DNA from: Piromyces finnis finn
Lineage: Eukaryota; Fungi; Neocallimastigomycota
NCBI GenBank assembly: GCA_002104945.1
Contig: MCFH01000070.1
Location: 124,001 to 188,000 of the forward strand
Length of the DNA stretch: 64,000 nucleotides
Reading direction: 5' to 3'
Below, one piece after another: positions 11,126 to 25,200 of this stretch (positions within the stretch are counted from its first letter, which is position 1; the number at the start of each line of letters is the position of its first letter). The notes below the pieces were generated by a model. It ran no database searches. It saw nothing but the letters and a program-made list of their open reading frames with translations, and was not told the DNA's origin. The translations under genes and the position numbers were made by a program.

Positions 11126-12451
11126 ATGGAAGCTATCGATAATTTTGCTAAAAAGCAAACTCGTGTTTACATGTTCATGCCAAATTTAATTGGTAATATG
11201 GAATAACAATTAAAAATTTTTATATAATGGAAATAATTAAATAAAAATAAGAATTAGTTGTATTAATATAAGATATTTTTTTTAATAATTTCAACGATTT
11301 AAAAAAAAATAATAATAATAAAATTTATATATTTCTTATTTTTATATAAAAATCATTAGGTTACACCAGAGTTATTCTTGCTTTTTTATCTTTCCTTTTC
11401 CTTCCATGTTGTCCAATTACTGCTATGACTTGTTACTCTCTTTCTTGTATATTAGATGCTCTCGATGGTACTGCCGCTCGTCGTTACAACCAATGTAAGT
11501 ACTATTAAATTTAAAAATGTTAGGATATTATTTCATTTTTAACTTATTTCATAATATATAAATATTCATAAAATAAAGGTTCTCAATTTGGAGCTGTTTT
11601 AGATATGATTACTGATAGGTATGTTTTTTTTTTTTTAAAAAAAGAAAATAAATAAAAATATTAAAAAATTATATAACATATACTCTTATTAATTTACAAA
11701 TAATTCAAAAATAAAAACAGATTCACTTCCAGTGCTTTAATTTGTTACTTAGCTATGGTCTGGCCAAAGTGGACTTTCGTCTTCCAATTCTTAATTGCTT
11801 TAGATTTCAGTTCTCACTATTTCCATATGTACAGGTAAATATAAAATAAATTAAAAATTTATTTTAAAATATAAAATTAAGGAAATAAATTTTCATAATT
11901 AATTTAATGCTTAAATTATAATTTAAATATTAATAGTTCATTAGCTTCTGGTTCTCCATCTCACAAGATCTTAAAGGAAGATGCTCCAAAGATCTTAAAG
12001 TTATACTACTCCGACAGAGTAAGAAAAAATATAAATTAATATTAATTTAATCTATCAATATCAATATAAATATATTAATTTAAATAAATAAAAAATTCAT
12101 TTTTATTATATTGAATAACAGAGAGTTTTATTCACTGTCTGTTTCTTCAATGAAGCCTACTATGTATTATTATACCTCAGCTCTGCTTACTATGGAAGTA
12201 TGTTCAATATATTTTTCCCTCTTAGAATTAAAGTACTAGGAAATTGTTATTAATAATTATACCTTTTATTTTTTCTTTATTTTTAATTAGCTATTTTCAC
12301 TTTCCAATTCTGGGCTATCTTATCCTGGATCTTTTTACCAGTCTTTGTATTCAAGCAAAGCTTAAATGTTATTCAAATGTTAGGTGCTTGCTTAAACTTA
12401 CTTGAAGCTGATGAAAAGAAAATTAAGGAATCTCAAGAAAAGGCCAACTAA
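11126..12451 (+). CDS. PIS1: CDP-diacylglycerol--inositol 3-phosphatidyltransferase (phosphatidylinositol synthase), multi-exon
   Basis: FMPNLIGYTRV, the CDP-alcohol phosphatidyltransferase motif DALDGTAARRYNQCSQFGAVLDMITDR, and LDFSSHYFHMY, SHK and FKQSLNVIQM across GT-AG exons. Confidence 0.95.
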
Positions 12452-13308
12452 ATTAAATATTAGTTAAACATAACAATCATAGCAATTAATATATATAAAA
12501 GGACAAAAGTTGGAACGTAATATATAATTTTAATTATTTTTCTTTTTTCCTTTATTAAAAAATAAAGAAAAGTGAAATAATTTATTAAATTAAGAAATAT
12601 GTTAGCTATCTCTTTTAAAAAATAAAAAGAGAGAGATTAACGGAATTATAAATGATTGTTCCCAAAAGAATATTATTAATCCTTTTAAGCTTTTGCATTT
12701 AAATAAATAAAAAAAAATAAAAGCAAATAACAATATATATATATATTTTTTTTAAATTCTCAAATCTCTTTAAATATTAATAACTTTTTTCTCTCTCACT
12801 TTTTTTTTTTTTTTTTATTCTATTATTTTTTAAAATTTATTTTTTTATTTTTATTTTATTTTTTATTTTATTTTTTTTTTTTGCAATTATTATTATTATA
12901 AATATAAAAATAATATGAATTAAAAGAATAAGTTTATTTTTATTATCATAAAACTTTCTGCTATTCTTTTTATTATTATTACTATTATATAATACATCGT
13001 TTTTTTTTTTTTTTTTTTAGAAATTACTACTACTAATAATGATATCATTATTAATAGGTTTAAATTTATTTTACTTATTTTTATTAATTATTTTTGATAT
13101 CATGTTATTTATGATTATGATTATGTTTAGTTTATTTATAATTTAATTATTATTATTTTTTTTAATGTTTCATTATTTATAATGATACTTTGGTTTTTAA
13201 AATGATTTGATTTTGATTTTAGTTTCTGGCTTTTTTTTTTTTTTTTTTTTTTTCCTTCCTTTACTTTTATATTATAAATTAAATAGAGAGTCAAACGTTT
13301 TAATAAAA

Positions 13309-15322
13309 TTAGTTAGTCTTAATGTATTCATTAGATTTTGATAAATCTAATAATAAATCCTTGAATCTATCTAAATTCTTTTCATTATCATTCTTTGTCT
13401 TGAGAGAATTGAAATTAATATTCTTGCAAACAATATCCTTTAAATATATATAAATATTTTTGAAATTAAATAAAGATACAAATTAATTTCAAACTTTAAT
13501 ATTGACATTGACAGATCAAAATATAATACTATAATTATATATATATTGTTTAAAATTTACCCAAGTTAATTCATTTGGATTATTAGATTGTGGAATATTG
13601 TTTCCTTGATATAATCTATTGTTTTCAATTGCCTTGTTTTTCTTTTGATTGTAATCAGCGTAAAACTTTTCAATATCACTCTTTGCGCTAGCAATTATAT
13701 CATTGTGCTTAGTAGCGTTACGAGCATCACGTTCTTCAATAATCTTTTCTCTCTTTTCATTAGCTTCCCTTTAATAATTGAAAATTAAAAATTGAATATT
13801 ATCATTAGCCTTACTACAAATAATAAAAATGGTAATTATTTTATTTATAATACTAACTTAACAAATGGTGAATTTTGAACATCAACTTCAGTAATTACTT
13901 TTTCAACAAGACCACTATCGTTGCTGGTATTTTCTTCGATAGCTGGAACATTAACTTGACTCTATTTTATTTTTTATTTGAATATATATAAGGATAATAC
14001 TATTTAATTTACGATTTTTTTTTTTTTTATTTTTAATTTATAGCCATGTATATTAAATAAATTTATATTACAATAGTTTGGGAGAAAGAAGTATTGATTG
14101 GAGTTTGAATAGTTTGTTGAATATTTATTGGAGTTTGTGGGAAAGCACTTAATGGGGTTTGAGCAGCTGGAACAGCAGCTACTGGAGTATCTTGAACTGA
14201 TGACATCATATCTAATAATGGGTTTGCAACTGGAACAGATTGAGCTGGAGTAACAGCTTCAAAATTACCAAAATCAGCATCACCTAATGGAACTGCAGAA
14301 GCATCACCACCAATTGGTTGTGGCATTGATAATGGGATATCAATATTTCCGGTATTGAACATTTCAGCATCTAAATTATAGTTAATAAAATAATGCCATT
14401 TAAACAATTAATAATAAAAGAAAGAAAAAAAAAAAAACAATTGTTTAATCTTTGTATTATATATAATATTCATAAATATTTGATTAATTTGTAAAATTTG
14501 TTTAGTTTTTCCTTTTTTTTTTTTAGTTTATATCGAAATATCTTTATGAATTATGACATTGTCTTATTACTTTAATTTACATTATCTTTAAATAAAGAAT
14601 TAAAGTACTCAATTCGACATAATATGACTAATTTAAAAGAATTTATTTTTTATTTATTTATTTTTTTTTTTTTTTTTTTGTAGTAATGCATAATTCATGT
14701 TTAATAATTCATAAAAATATAAATATTATAATGACATCTTTTGAAAAGGAAAAAAAAAAAAAAAAAGGATTTAACTATTTTTTATTGTTATATAGACTAT
14801 CTAAGCATTTCCATTAATAATTGTTAATTCATGAAATGAATACTTTGTTTGTAAATATATAGAATTGAATGAATTGTCCATTGTATTAATTAATGATAAT
14901 TATTCTTCTTCATTCGTTAATATTATTATATTAAATAAACATTTTTTTTGTTGTGAAGGAAAAAGGTCATATACAATTACAATTGTTTATAACTTTGATT
15001 GATTCCCATTTATAATTTATATTTATATTTATCTATTTCTCACTAATTGATATATACCGTCACCAAGCATAGCTTGTTCACGAGCAAGAAAATCTATTTA
15101 TTTATTTGTTTATTTATTTATTTTAAAATTTATATATATAAATAATATAACAATATATAGTACAATATAGAAAAAAAAGAAAAAAAGAAAATGATAAATA
15201 TTAATAATATTTTTATATTATTATACATCTTTTTATTATTACTCTAATTATTAAAAACAATAAACAAAAATATATATACCGGCAGTTGGGTCAGATTCAA
15301 AAGCACCAAAATCGTCAGCCAT
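13309..15322 (-). CDS. CLC1: Clathrin light chain, multi-exon
   Basis: N-terminal MADDFGAFESDPTADFLAREQAMLG, acidic Pro-rich linker, heavy-chain-binding helix (EKREKIIEERDARNATKHNDIIASAKSDIEKFYADYNQKK) and C-terminal LDRFKDLLLDL. Confidence 0.8.
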
Positions 15323-16254
15323 TTTTATTTTATTTTATTAATAGAAAATTAAACAAATATATAATAATATTAATTTATAATATAATGTTATAAAATGGTT
15401 TACAAATGAAATTGATTTTAAATTTCCTTTGATTATTATTTTTTTTTAAAACAAAAAAAAAAAATAAATATTTTGCTTTAAATAGATATAAATAAAAAAA
15501 AATAAAATAAAATAAACAAAAATTATAAATACAATTTTTTTAATTACATTATTATTTTTAAATTACATTATTAATACATAATACAAACATAAATAAAGTT
15601 TACAACATATACTAATTATAAAGATTGAATTGAAAAAATTAGTAATAAAGTTAGTGATAAATATATATATATATATATATATAATTTTTTTTATAAATAA
15701 TATTTGCTGCTAGTTGTTTTTATAAACTAGATTTGTAAGCAAAAGTAAATAGTAATAATATATTTAACATTAAAAGTTATTAATAAATGGATTCTTTGAA
15801 AAAATTAGTTTTTAATTCAAGTATGAATTGTGTAACAAATTTTATTTTAAAATAAACTTTTCAACTTTCCAACAAAAACTACTTTTTAATACCTATTTTA
15901 TTTAATAAAAAGGGGATAATATATATGTTTAACAAAAAATATTCTATAACAACTAAATATCAATTATTTATTAACATAATAATACTAAATATACTATAAT
16001 CTTTTAATCTATTTTAGTCTATGCTATAAATTTTTTTTTTCAGTTATTTTAAATCATTTAATACTATTTAATCATATTTAATATGTATATTATATATATA
16101 TATATATATATATACATTTTCTTAAAAAGAAATAAAGATGATAATAAATTTTTATATTATATATTCAAAATTAATGAATGGTTGATGTTTTTTTTTTTTT
16201 TTTTTTTTTTTTTTAGGTTTTTCTTTCCACCCAATTTTAATTAAATGATTATAT

Positions 16255-19200
16255 TTATTGAACTGGTACTTCAGTGGATATTTCTTCAAAAGTTGATGAA
16301 TCCTTACTCATAACTTCTTCATCTGTCTTTAATAAAGAAATAAGTTCATTATATAATTCTTCATATTGGAAACTATTACCTGTAATACGTTTTATACGAA
16401 GAGCATATAACCTCAATAACCATACTTTACATACCTCCACTTCAAATTTTAAACATACAGTATTCAAATCATCGGATAATAAATGACATTCAAAAAGATA
16501 ATAATCTGGATTACGAATAAAATAGAAGCGATTTGGATATACATTCTTCATTTCGTATAATGCCCAACATAAATTTTGGAAAAGAGTATAAGGAGGTTTA
16601 CTTGTAGCAGTAGATTTATTAAAGTTTAAGCGAGTAGAACGTACAGTCTTTGATGGTTTATGAATTAAATGCCATTGTTCAATTTCTTCAAAGTTTGGAA
16701 GACCATCATCAGTAGGACTATTAAGATCATTATTTGCGGATCCGAATTCGTCTTCAAAGATTTCTGGAGAACCAAGTCCTTTTTCATTAAAAGGACTAGC
16801 CATTGATTTTGACATTAATCTTGAATCATGGTTAAGAGGTTCAGGTGTATTATCTTCATTAATACAATTTAAATTAGATGGTTGGTTAGGTTGACTATTA
16901 AGAGTCATTGGGATAGAAAATGCAGAGGATGCCTTTTTATTAAGTGGAGTAGGATAGTTAGGATTAAGTGGAGACATAGGAGCACATTCGTATTTAGAAT
17001 TAATATTATTTGCATTATCAACCTTATTTCTCTTTTTACCAAAAAGATTTGTAATACCATTATTATTAGATTTATTATCTGCCTTATTTTTTCCCAGTTC
17101 AATCTTTCCATTTTGTTTTGTATATAATGATTCATCATTAATTTGATTAACAGATTTTGAATAAGATTTTAATGGTTGAATACCATCATTTTTAGAAGAT
17201 TCTGAATTATTTTCATCATCATTGGTACTGCTATTGCTATTGGAATCTATAGAAGAAATGTTCACAATAGAATAATATCTTGGATTTACTGGATTACGAT
17301 CATCTACAGCAGCACTGTTGATTAAGTTTGGGGTGTTATTTATATTTGTATTTAAACGTAGGTAATGTCTATTAGCAGCTGAACTACTGGAGGAACGAGT
17401 GATATCGGATGTGGAATAATATTCTGAATTTCTTTTTAATCCTGAACTATTATTATTATTATTTATTGCACCTCCTCCACCAATACCATTACTACTTGTA
17501 TCAATAATGGATGCCGTTTTATTACGTAATCTTTGACTAAATGAAGAATCAACAAGAACTCCACCCCAGATATCCATATTTGGAATTTCGCAACTAGTTT
17601 TATTACGATAGGGAGATCTTGCACATTCAGGTGAAGCAGCAGCAGCAGGACTTTTACAAGAAGAACAACTATTTAATCTTCGTCTAATATCATCATAAAC
17701 AACACTTTTTCTTCTTTCATTAGATATTAAATGACAATCATTAATATTATTTTGAGATAATGCCATACTCAAATTCATACTACTTTCTTTTTTCTTTGGT
17801 GAAGTAGATTGTTCACGGAAAATATAAGATATATAACCATTTCCATTTGTAATACCTGAAACTATTTGTTCCATATCTTGAGCATTAATAGGGAAAATTC
17901 TAATTGGTTTTTCAATTTCTTCATAGTTTACCCATGGATCATCTCTAAGATCATTTATACCAGCTCTCTTTTCCGGGTCTTTAACAAAAATTTTTGCTAA
18001 TAAATTTGATAAGTCTATAGATTATTGAATATTTTTTTTTTAAAAAAAAAAAAAAAAAAGTAATAGAAAATAATAAAATAATAAAAAAAAAATTAATGAT
18101 TATTAAAAATATTCAAATAAAAAAAAAATATTATATATAATGTTAATCCGAACCTTTACTGAAATAACTTGGAACTTTATAATCAATTCTTTTAATTCTT
18201 CTATATAATGCATTAATACTTTTTCCATCAAATGGTGGTTTACCCGTCATCATAACATACAATATAACACCCAATGCCCATACATCAGATTTTACACCAA
18301 TATATGGTATACCAGAAATCAATTCAACAGCAGCATAATTTGGTGTACCACAAAAAGTCTAAATAATAATAAAAATAAAAATAAAATAATCATCATCATT
18401 ATAAATTTTTTCATATATAAATTATATTATATATTAGTGAAAAAAAATAATAGTATATTTTTCAATAAAAGAAAAAAATAATAATAATAATTTATTATAT
18501 TTACAGTCATATAATCTTTGGTAGATCCATCAAAAGTTCTTCCTAAACCAAAATCTGTAATTAAAATATTTTTATCCTTTGATAATAATAAATTTTCAAG
18601 TTTAAGATCACGGTGGACAACGTTTGCCATATGACAATGATCAATTGCAGAAATAATTTGTCTAAAGAATCTTCTTGCTTCACTTTCATTTAAATGTTTT
18701 TTTGTTAAAATATAATCAATTAATTCACCACCTGGTGCATATTCCCTTTTTTTTTAATAATATAAAATAAAAGTAATAATATATTATTTTATATATTTTT
18801 ATTTAAAATAATTTTATAAAGATCAATATATAAATTTAAATTTTTTTCGATTTTAGTAATAATTATAATGATAATAAATATGATAAATAACTTACATAAC
18901 AATTAAAGTTTCATCTTCACTTTCAATGACTTGATAAATTTTAATAATATTAGGATGATCTAAACGCATCATTAATTGTACTTCATTTTGTAAACGTTCA
19001 TAATAAGATGGAAGAGGAATAATAGAATGATCTGTTAAAAATATACTTTTATCATCAATGACATCTTCAATCTCTTTAAGAGGTGTACAAACATCATTTG
19101 TATCATTAACAACATGACTTTGTGAATTACTATCTAAAGAAAATTTTCGACTTCTAGTTGGAGGATTAGGAATAGATTTAATAGACGAATCAACTGAAAA

Positions 19201-20307
19201 TTTTCTACTTGGATAATTATTAACAGGTTCTCTATAAGACCTAGTGGAAGCACAAGATATCCTTTTTGAAGTGTAGCTATTGGAACAAGATTCACTTTTT
19301 CCTGTTGGTAAATTTATTGATTCTGGAATGTTTGTCAATTTATCGCCTTCTTCATTTATTTCACTATTTTCTGAAGTTTTTTTCGGATTTTCATCATTTT
19401 CATTTTCATTCTTTACAGTTTTCTTTTCTTCCTCACCTTCATTGGTTTCCAATTCTTCTGGAATGATTGATGGTTCATGAGGAATTTTTCTTATATCATG
19501 AGTTTCAATAATACTAGATTCTTTTGAATTTGTCGTTGACAAAGTATCTAAATCACTTTTTAATGCATTACTTGTATTTTTATCTTCATTAACAATGGAT
19601 TGAATTTTATCCTTTGATAAAGTATTATCATTCATCAATTCTTTATCATCCTTTACGTCAGAATTAGTATTTGCTTTTGTATCATTGGTCGTTTTCTCCA
19701 AGTTATCTGTCTTTTCATTTTCTTGATTGTTATCTCTATAGGATGGAATCTTTGTGTATTTTTCTTCAATATTATTTTTTTTATTAAAATCTATTAACCC
19801 TGGATTATCAACATTAATTTTTGGTGCACTGTGTTGATGAACTGCATTTTCTATTGCTTTCTTTCTTTTATATTCTTCATGTTCACGTCTTTTTTTATAT
19901 AATTCTTTATTTTCTTGAGTTTTTTTATTTTTAACTTCTAATTGTTTTTTATTGATAATTTTAATTGCCACCTAATATTTTAAATTTTCATTTTTTTATA
20001 CATTTTTTTTTTTTTTTCATTATATTGATATTAATATTATAGGTATAAATTTATTATTTATTGAAGGTATAAAAGAATTAATGTTTATATATAAAAAATA
20101 TAAGAATGTTATTAATAATTTAAATTGTATATTATTCATGTTTTTTTTTTTTTTTTTTTTTTTTTTTGAAAATATTTTTTTATTATATATAACATATACC
20201 TCTTCCTTTGTTACTTTATTATATGCAATTTTAACTTTAGAAAAGGCACCTTGACCAATTGTTTTACCAATTGTATAATCTCCAAAACTTTTTCTTTTTG
20301 ATAACAT
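16255..20307 (-). CDS. AMPK-related Ser/Thr kinase (KIN1/MARK-like) with C-terminal KA1-like domain
   Basis: [41 protein letters not shown] and DVWALGV. C-terminal [10 protein letters not shown]...[15 protein letters not shown] is KA1-like. Exons join through GT-AG introns. Confidence 0.85.
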
Positions 20308-21712
20308 TTTTTTTTATAGTTATTATTATTTGTTTAATTATTTCAAAATGAATATAAATTCTATATATTAATAATGACTTTGAATTTCATACAATGATAC
20401 TTTTATTTTATTTTTTAAATTTAATTTATTTCGATATAACCAATCTTATTGTTAAATGTTGACTTTTACTATTATTATTATTATAACAAAATTTATGTAT
20501 AAAATAAATATATATTGATAAAACAATTAAAATTTAAATCTTTTGTTTTTTTCCTATAATTACAACTTTTTTTTTTTATTACTTCTTTATATATAGGATG
20601 TTGTTGGCATTGACAAAATATTATGTTTTATTAACAAAATTACATTTAATAAATTTGAAAGAAAACAGTAACAAAAAAAAAAAAAAAAAAAAAAAAAAGA
20701 AAAAGAAAAAACTTTATGAAATATTAAAAAAAAAAAAGAATTGATAGTAATTATTAAAGTATTTTTTTTATTTAACTTTTTTAATTTTGAATCATAACCA
20801 TTATTATTCCTTTTTTTTTTTTTAAAAAAAAAAAAAGGAATAATAAAAAAATAAGAAGAAAAAGAAAAAGAAAATTAGAAAAAGATACCACACCTATAAT
20901 TATAATAAATAATGAATAAAACAATAGGTTATATTAAAGGATTTATTTTACTATAAGATTTTTTCCAAAAAAATAAAATTTATTTTAAAAATAATTTGTC
21001 TCGAAAACTTTAATCACCATTAAATGATGTCAAAGTAAATTTTATAAAATTTTTTTTTTCAAATAGAATAAACTTTGTCTTTCTTGGGAAATACATTATT
21101 TTTAATTCTTTAGGTTGACTATAATTATCTCAATATTATTAAATAATTATATTTAAATACAAATATATATAAATATATTTTTATAATATTAATAATTGTA
21201 TTATATTTGGTTTATTAAAAAAAATAGATAATAGTATTTTTAAAAATATCACAAATTATGAATATTTTTATTTGTAAAATATCAAAAAATCTTTTATTAT
21301 CAGTTGTTAATTATTAATTATATTATGTTTAAAAAATAATCAATAAATAAAAAAAAAAAAAAAAGAAAATTTTAAATAGTATTGATATATGTATATAAGC
21401 AAAAAGTTTTTTTATTAATGATATATTTTATGGTGTTTAATGTGTGCGATTATATATTTATAATAATTCAAAAAATATTAGTTTTTTTTTTTTATTAAAT
21501 ATTATTTGAAAATTATAAATATATATATATATATATGAACAATAAATTTTTTTTTTTTTAAAAAAATGAATTTATATATAAAATTGTACATAAAATACAG
21601 TCAAACCTCCTGTAAAACAAATATAAAATAAAAAAAAAAATCATTAGAATTATTTTTTTTATAATTACTTTTATTATTGGTTTTTTTGTTTTGTTTTGTT
21701 TTCTCTTTTTAA

Positions 21713-21749
<37 letters not shown>

Positions 21750-22245
21750 TGATAAAAAAGAATAAATAAATTAAAAATAAGATAAATAAAAAAGTGAATA
21801 AAATAGTAAAAGATAAAAGATATAAAAAAAAAAAAATAAAATATAAAATAAAATAAAAATAAAAACTTTAAAAATTTCTATAATACAACTAATAATTTAA
21901 ATTCATATAAAATTATTTTATAGTATAAATATCATATCATTATATATATATATATATATATATTTAATAGTATTTGTTTATCATCTATATAAATATATAA
22001 ATAAATAGTCTATTGTCTATTTTCTATGGCATAAATAATTATATATCTATATAATAAAAGTCGTACCAATTAAATAACTTGATAAAAATTTAAATATTGA
22101 AGGAAAAAAAAAATAAAATTAATAATTAGTGAAAGAGAAAAATACATTAAAAATTAAAAAAAAAAAAAAAAGAAAATAATTTATAAACTTTAAAAATTAA
22201 ATACATAGAGATAAATATGTCGATATTAAAGTTCATTTAATTATT

Positions 22246-25200
22246 TTAATTTAATGCTATTAAAGATGATTTGTTTAATGGGTTGGTGGTGGTGGTGGTG
22301 GTGGATTTATCATCTTCTATGGTAATATCTGATTTTTCTCTTCCATTTTCTAATTCTGTTGAAATTTCTTTTGCCTTTATACCAGTGGTATTTTCGGTTA
22401 CCCTATTTATTTGCTTTCCATTACCAGATAAACTTTCCGTTGTAGTAGAAGGAGATGGTGATACTAATGCTGATGAAGAAGAATCATTCTTTTTTACAAA
22501 AGTGCCATCGTTCATAGATATTGAACTAGAACCTTCAGAGATAGATTGAGGGGTTAATGGCATATCAATATTATTTTGTTCAATGGTCGAATGAATCTTT
22601 TTATTTAATGTATTGTTTATTGGATATTCTCTTTTTCTTTTCATACCTGTGTTGTAGGCATCTACCTTGTTTTTATTCTCCTTTTCATTATTTATTGGCC
22701 TTGAATTATAATTTTCAAGGACGTCCATTTCACCTTCTTCTTCCTCTTCTTCTTCAGACTTTTGACTCTTTGGTGATTGGGTTATGCTATTTAATATTTT
22801 TCTATTCTTCTCACTACTATCATCAATGCGGGGAGTACTGACAGCTCCTTCAACCATAATTTCTTCAATTTCATTTTCATGATCGTCTATTTTATCGGCG
22901 GTATTTTTGTTTGGCATACCTCCTTGTTGTTCATTGTTATTTTTTAAATTGGCATCATTGTCAATGCTATAATAATTTGAAGCTTTCCCTTGAGATAATG
23001 TGGTGGTAATTTCATCCATTACAACTGGTGTATCATTCTTCTTTAAATTAGAATTGGAGGTTGAAATGGAATTATATTCATTTTCTTGATTTAAAAGTAA
23101 GTCATTTAAGGATGATCCTCTTTTAACATAGTTATTGATTCTTTTATCATTACTGTCATTACTGCTATTGTTATTACTACCGTTGATATTTATGTTTTTA
23201 GAATAATTTATGTTGGATGAAGAAATAATGTTATTTGTATTACTATTAGAATCTTTTTTGTTATTGGTATTTATTGGGTTAAGATATGATGAGTTTATAT
23301 TACTATTATTGTTGTTATTACTGTTATTATTAATAGATATGTTTTTTTCGTTAGTTAAAAAATTAAAGCCGGGTAATTCGTTGGATTCAAATTGATTATT
23401 TGGATTTATTGGTGCTAATGAAGGAGAATTGGTTAATGGAAGCCTTGGGTTTAATTTATCTACTTTTGGTAAGGGTAAATCAATATTATTACTATTATCT
23501 AGACTTTTTTTGTTAGGTTGAATGGGACTAAAACGGAAATCATTTGGATAGGCCATTGAATCCGTAGTACTGTTGCCATGGCGGTGGTTACCATTATTAT
23601 TATATTCCTGATTCATATTTAAATTCTTGGAATATTCATTATTGGATGGGAAATCATTGGATGGACCATTCATTACCTTATCCTTGGAATTTAAAGGATT
23701 TAAACTATGACTTTTAGATGGGTAATCCATATCACGCTCTATATTTCCATTATTGTTATAGGAAAGTTCGGATTCATCTAATGAAGCGTGTTTTGTTGTA
23801 TTATTATATCTGGAGGTTGATGGAGCTAATAAAACTGGAGAAGAATTGTGATGTTGTATGGAATTTGGATTTCTATTTTTGATAGCAGCGCGATCTTCAG
23901 GGAATTTTTTACTCAAGGTATTAACCCAACGTTGTCTACATTGGTGATAAGTTCTACCAGGAATTTCTTCAGCAATTTTATCCCATTGTTTTGGACCCAT
24001 TTTCTTCACTAAGGAACGAAGTAGATCATCTTCATTGGTTCTCCATCTTACATAGGCAGAAGGTGAGACATGTTTAGTTTCCTTTAGTGTATGGTGTGAA
24101 TTTGAGGAAGATGTGGAAGATGGAGAAGAAATTGGTGTACTTGGTGAACTTGAACCATTCTTACCATTTGAATTTTTAGTATTTGTTTGTGGTTGCAAAT
24201 GTTGATAGTATTTTTGTTTTTTATTTTGTTGTGGTTGAATGGGTACAGAACCAGATTGTGAAATTTTTCTTGATCCTACCTTACCAGAAGTGTAGGTCGA
24301 TTGTTGTTGATAGGTATAAGAGTTCTTTCTTTTATGAAAAGTGCCACCATTCATGTTCATATTATCATTGGCGTTATTTTTAGTTAATTCATTATGATCA
24401 CCATCGTTCTCATTTGATAAAAGAGGATAGTCTTGATTTTCACCCATTGATACATCCTTATTGCTGTTATACAATGGTTTATAATTGTCCATACTATTAT
24501 TTCTTTGAACGTCCATTGGAATACTTGGTAATTCTACATTTTCTTGAGAGTGGGAGTGATTTAATGCAGGTAATACATTATTACGATTATTATCATTCAT
24601 ATAATTTTGAGATGAATTATTACTATTGTTGTTATTGCTGTTGTTGCTATTGTTGTTGTTGCTACTGTTGTTGTTACTACCATTATTTAACATTCTTGAA
24701 ACGTTAAATAATGAACTGGATGACATACTTGGATTTACAGCAATTAATTTATGACGCTTTGTTGTTTCATTATTATTGGTTTCTTTATGAGATGGTCTAC
24801 CCCTTGGACGATTACCATTTGTATTACCATTAGAATTCATACTATTTCTACCATTACTATTAAAGCTGTTATTATTCATTCCACTGGAATTATAATTATT
24901 CATCTTTGATGAGAAATTTACTGAACCATTTGGTATTATATTATTAGAATGGGGAATGGGTGAGGTTGGTGGAGTAAAAACAGCCATTGAATTGATAGAT
25001 GATCTTCTTCCCATTAAAATATCATTCTTCATATCACGTTTTTCTCTTGGCAAAATAGGTTGATTTCCATCCTTCATTGGATCCATTCTTATATCATTAT
25101 TCGAATAATCATTTTCCATTCTTAATGTTTGTTCAGCCAACATAAATAAATTTGCTAATTCATCTATAAATTCATGATTAATGTATGAATATTAAAAAAA

